Under the pieces are notes generated by a model, which saw nothing but the letters and a program-made list of their open reading frames with translations, did not search any database and had not been told where the DNA came from. Shown here piece after piece: positions 62,410-64,000 of a stretch of DNA of 64,000 nt. The translations under genes and the position numbers were made by a program. Source of the stretch: an uncultured Solirubrobacterales bacterium (GTDB lineage Bacteria; Actinomycetota; Thermoleophilia; Solirubrobacterales; 70-9); the NCBI GenBank assembly GCA_963725085.1, contig CAVRXM010000005.1:1014235-1078234 (forward strand), written 5' to 3'. Numbering within the stretch: the first letter of the stretch is position 1; each line of letters begins with the position of its first letter.

Positions 62410-64000
62410 TCACGCACCAAGCCTAGCCCCCGTCCTCGGGTACTCGCTCCCGATCTCGGCCCGCCGGGCCTGCTCGACCCGACGCAGGCCGGCGACCCAT
62501 TCGTCGCCGTCGATCTCGCCCTCGATCAGCGCCGCCAGTCCGGTCAGCGCCTCGGCCGGGCTGCCGGCGGCGGCGACCGCGTGGGCGAGGAGCGGCACCG
62601 TGTCGAGCCCCTCCGATGCGTGGCCGATCAGCGCCGGGATCTCATCCGCCGGCGTGCCTTCGCCGAGCAGCTCGCCGGCGCGGCGGTTGCGGCCACTCGG
62701 CGCCATCAGCGTCGCGGTCAGGTCGCCGATTCCGGCCAGGCCCGTGAAGGTCTCGCGCTCGGCCCCGAGCGCCTCGGCGTACTCGATGCACTCGCTCCAG
62801 ACCTCGGCGGCGGCGATCCCGGCCGCGTTGCGGCCGTAGGGCTCGGTCGCGGCCGCGGCGAGGACGGCGGCGTTCTTCGCCGCGCCCGCCATCTCGACCC
62901 CGGTCACGTCCCCCGAGCGCTCGCAGACGAGGCCGGCGGAGTCGAAGACCTCGCCGAGCTGCTGGCGGAGGTCGCGGTCGGCCGAGCCGAGGACGAGAGC
63001 GGCGGACCCGGAGACGGCCTCGCGGGCATGAGCCGGGCCGCCGAGACAGGCGATCGCCCGCGCCCGCACCCGCTCGCCGACGTACTCGGAGGGCAGCTTG
63101 CCCTGCGGTGCGATCAGGCCCTTGGTCAGGAGCAGGACCGAGGAGCGGTCGCTGATCCGGTCGGCGATCGCGCCGACCGCCTGCGGCAGCGAGCCGGAGG
63201 GGATCGCGAGGCAGAGGAGGTCGAGGCCGGCGAGCTCGATCTCGGAGGCGGGCCGGACGTCGATCGAGTCGGGGAGCTCGACGTCTTCGAGGTAGTGCTG
63301 GTTGTAGCGCTCGGCGGCGAGCTCATCGGCCTGCTCGACGGTGCGGGTCCCGAGCTGGACGTCGAGGCCGCCGCGGGCGAGCAGGACGGCGACCGCCGTC
63401 CCCCAGCTGCCGGCGCCGATCACCGCGGCGCGGCGCATCGGCGGCAGGCCGCCCATCGCTTCCCACTGCAGAAGGACGTTGGGCCAGATCCTCTCGGTCA
63501 CCGTTTCGGCCAGCGCCTGCGAGGGCTCGGTCGCGCGCGGGAAGCGGACGGCGCGGCCGAGGCGGACCCTGACCCGGCGCGGGCGGATCCTCCAGCCGCG
63601 GCGGACGTGCTCGGTGCCGACGACCGCCGTCGGCAGCACCGGGGCGCCGGTTTCGAGCGCGAGCCGGCCGACGCCGCGCTTGGGCTGGGCGAGCGAGCCG
63701 CTGCGGATCCGCGTCCCCTCGGGGAAGATGCAGACGGTGCCGCCGCGCTCGACGATCCGGCGCCCGGTCTCCACCGAGACCTCGTCGGACTCGCCGCGGC
63801 GGATCGGGAAGGCGCCGAGGCGGGAGATCAGCCAGGCCTGGAGCGGGTTGCGGAAGAGCTCGACCTTGGCGACGTAGTTCATCGGCCGCCGCCAGGGGAG
63901 GATCCCGCCGATCAGGAACGGGTCGAAGAAGCTGCGGTGGTTGGCGGCGACGATCAGCCCCCCCTTCAGCCCCTTCCCGTGCTCTTTGCCCTCGCGCCGG
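62410..64000 (-). CDS. gpsA: single ORF fusing a PlsC-type 1-acyl-sn-glycerol-3-phosphate acyltransferase to NAD(P)H-dependent glycerol-3-phosphate dehydrogenase; 5' end outside the window
   Basis: The acyltransferase part (VAANHRSFFDPF upstream of 63882, FPEGTR, GAPVLPTAV) runs with no stop into MRRAAVIGAGSWGTAVAVLLA...GPAHAREA...NAAGIAAAEVWSE, which is GpsA. Confidence 0.8.
   Translation of the reverse strand, partial: RREGKEHGKGLKGGLIVAANHRSFFDPFLIGGILPWRRPMNYVAKVELFRNPLQAWLISRLGAFPIRRGESDEVSVETGRRIVERGGTVCIFPEGTRIRSGSLAQPKRGVGRLALETGAPVLPTAVVGTEHVRRGWRIRPRRVRVRLGRAVRFPRATEPSQALAETVTERIWPNVLLQWEAMGGLPPMRRAAVIGAGSWGTAVAVLLARGGLDVQLGTRTVEQADELAAERYNQHYLEDVELPDSIDVRPASEIELAGLDLLCLAIPSGSLPQAVGAIADRISDRSSVLLLTKGLIAPQGKLPSEYVGERVRARAIACLGGPAHAREAVSGSAALVLGSADRDLRQQLGEVFDSAGLVCERSGDVTGVEMAGAAKNAAVLAAAATEPYGRNAAGIAAAEVWSECIEYAEALGAERETFTGLAGIGDLTATLMAPSGRNRRAGELLGEGTPADEIPALIGHASEGLDTVPLLAHAVAAAGSPAEALTGLAALIEGEIDGDEWVAGLRRVEQARRAEIGSEYPRTGARLGA

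Overview
High-GC (roughly 70%) chromosomal segment with actinobacterial-type gene content; I cannot assign a genus. I count about 60 protein-coding genes. I found no rRNA or tRNA genes, no transposase or integrase, and no CRISPR array. Gene content, in order along the window: an AddAB/AdnAB-type helicase-nuclease pair; truncated globin; MmpL/MarR pair; xseBA; MarP-like protease plus a PBP; FHA protein; gltB; the lysA-hom-thrC-thrB operon; an M23 peptidase; a beta-oxidation cluster with an adjacent acyl-CoA dehydrogenase pair; a CNNM/CorC transporter; a BtuF-like binding protein; a GntR-flanked gamma-glutamylation amine-catabolism island; a GC-poor orphan secreted-protein gene; a rhomboid/DUF4383/anti-sigma/ECF-sigma group; and a PlsC-GpsA fusion ORF that runs off the window end. 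About 25 of these genes need one or more frame changes (one also has an in-frame TAG) to give full-length products. The disruptions are very unevenly distributed. This looks like indel-type assembly error, but real gene decay cannot be excluded from sequence alone. I label such genes pseudogene and give coordinates for the reconstructed full-length locus; coordinates I derived by hand may be off by 1-2 nt. I did not find a clear-cut new defence or mobile system. The most interesting items are: the amine-catabolic island with its large inverted repeats, the GC-anomalous secreted orphan next to a 50-bp perfect palindrome, palindromic operator candidates upstream of beta-oxidation genes, and the uneven frameshift pattern.
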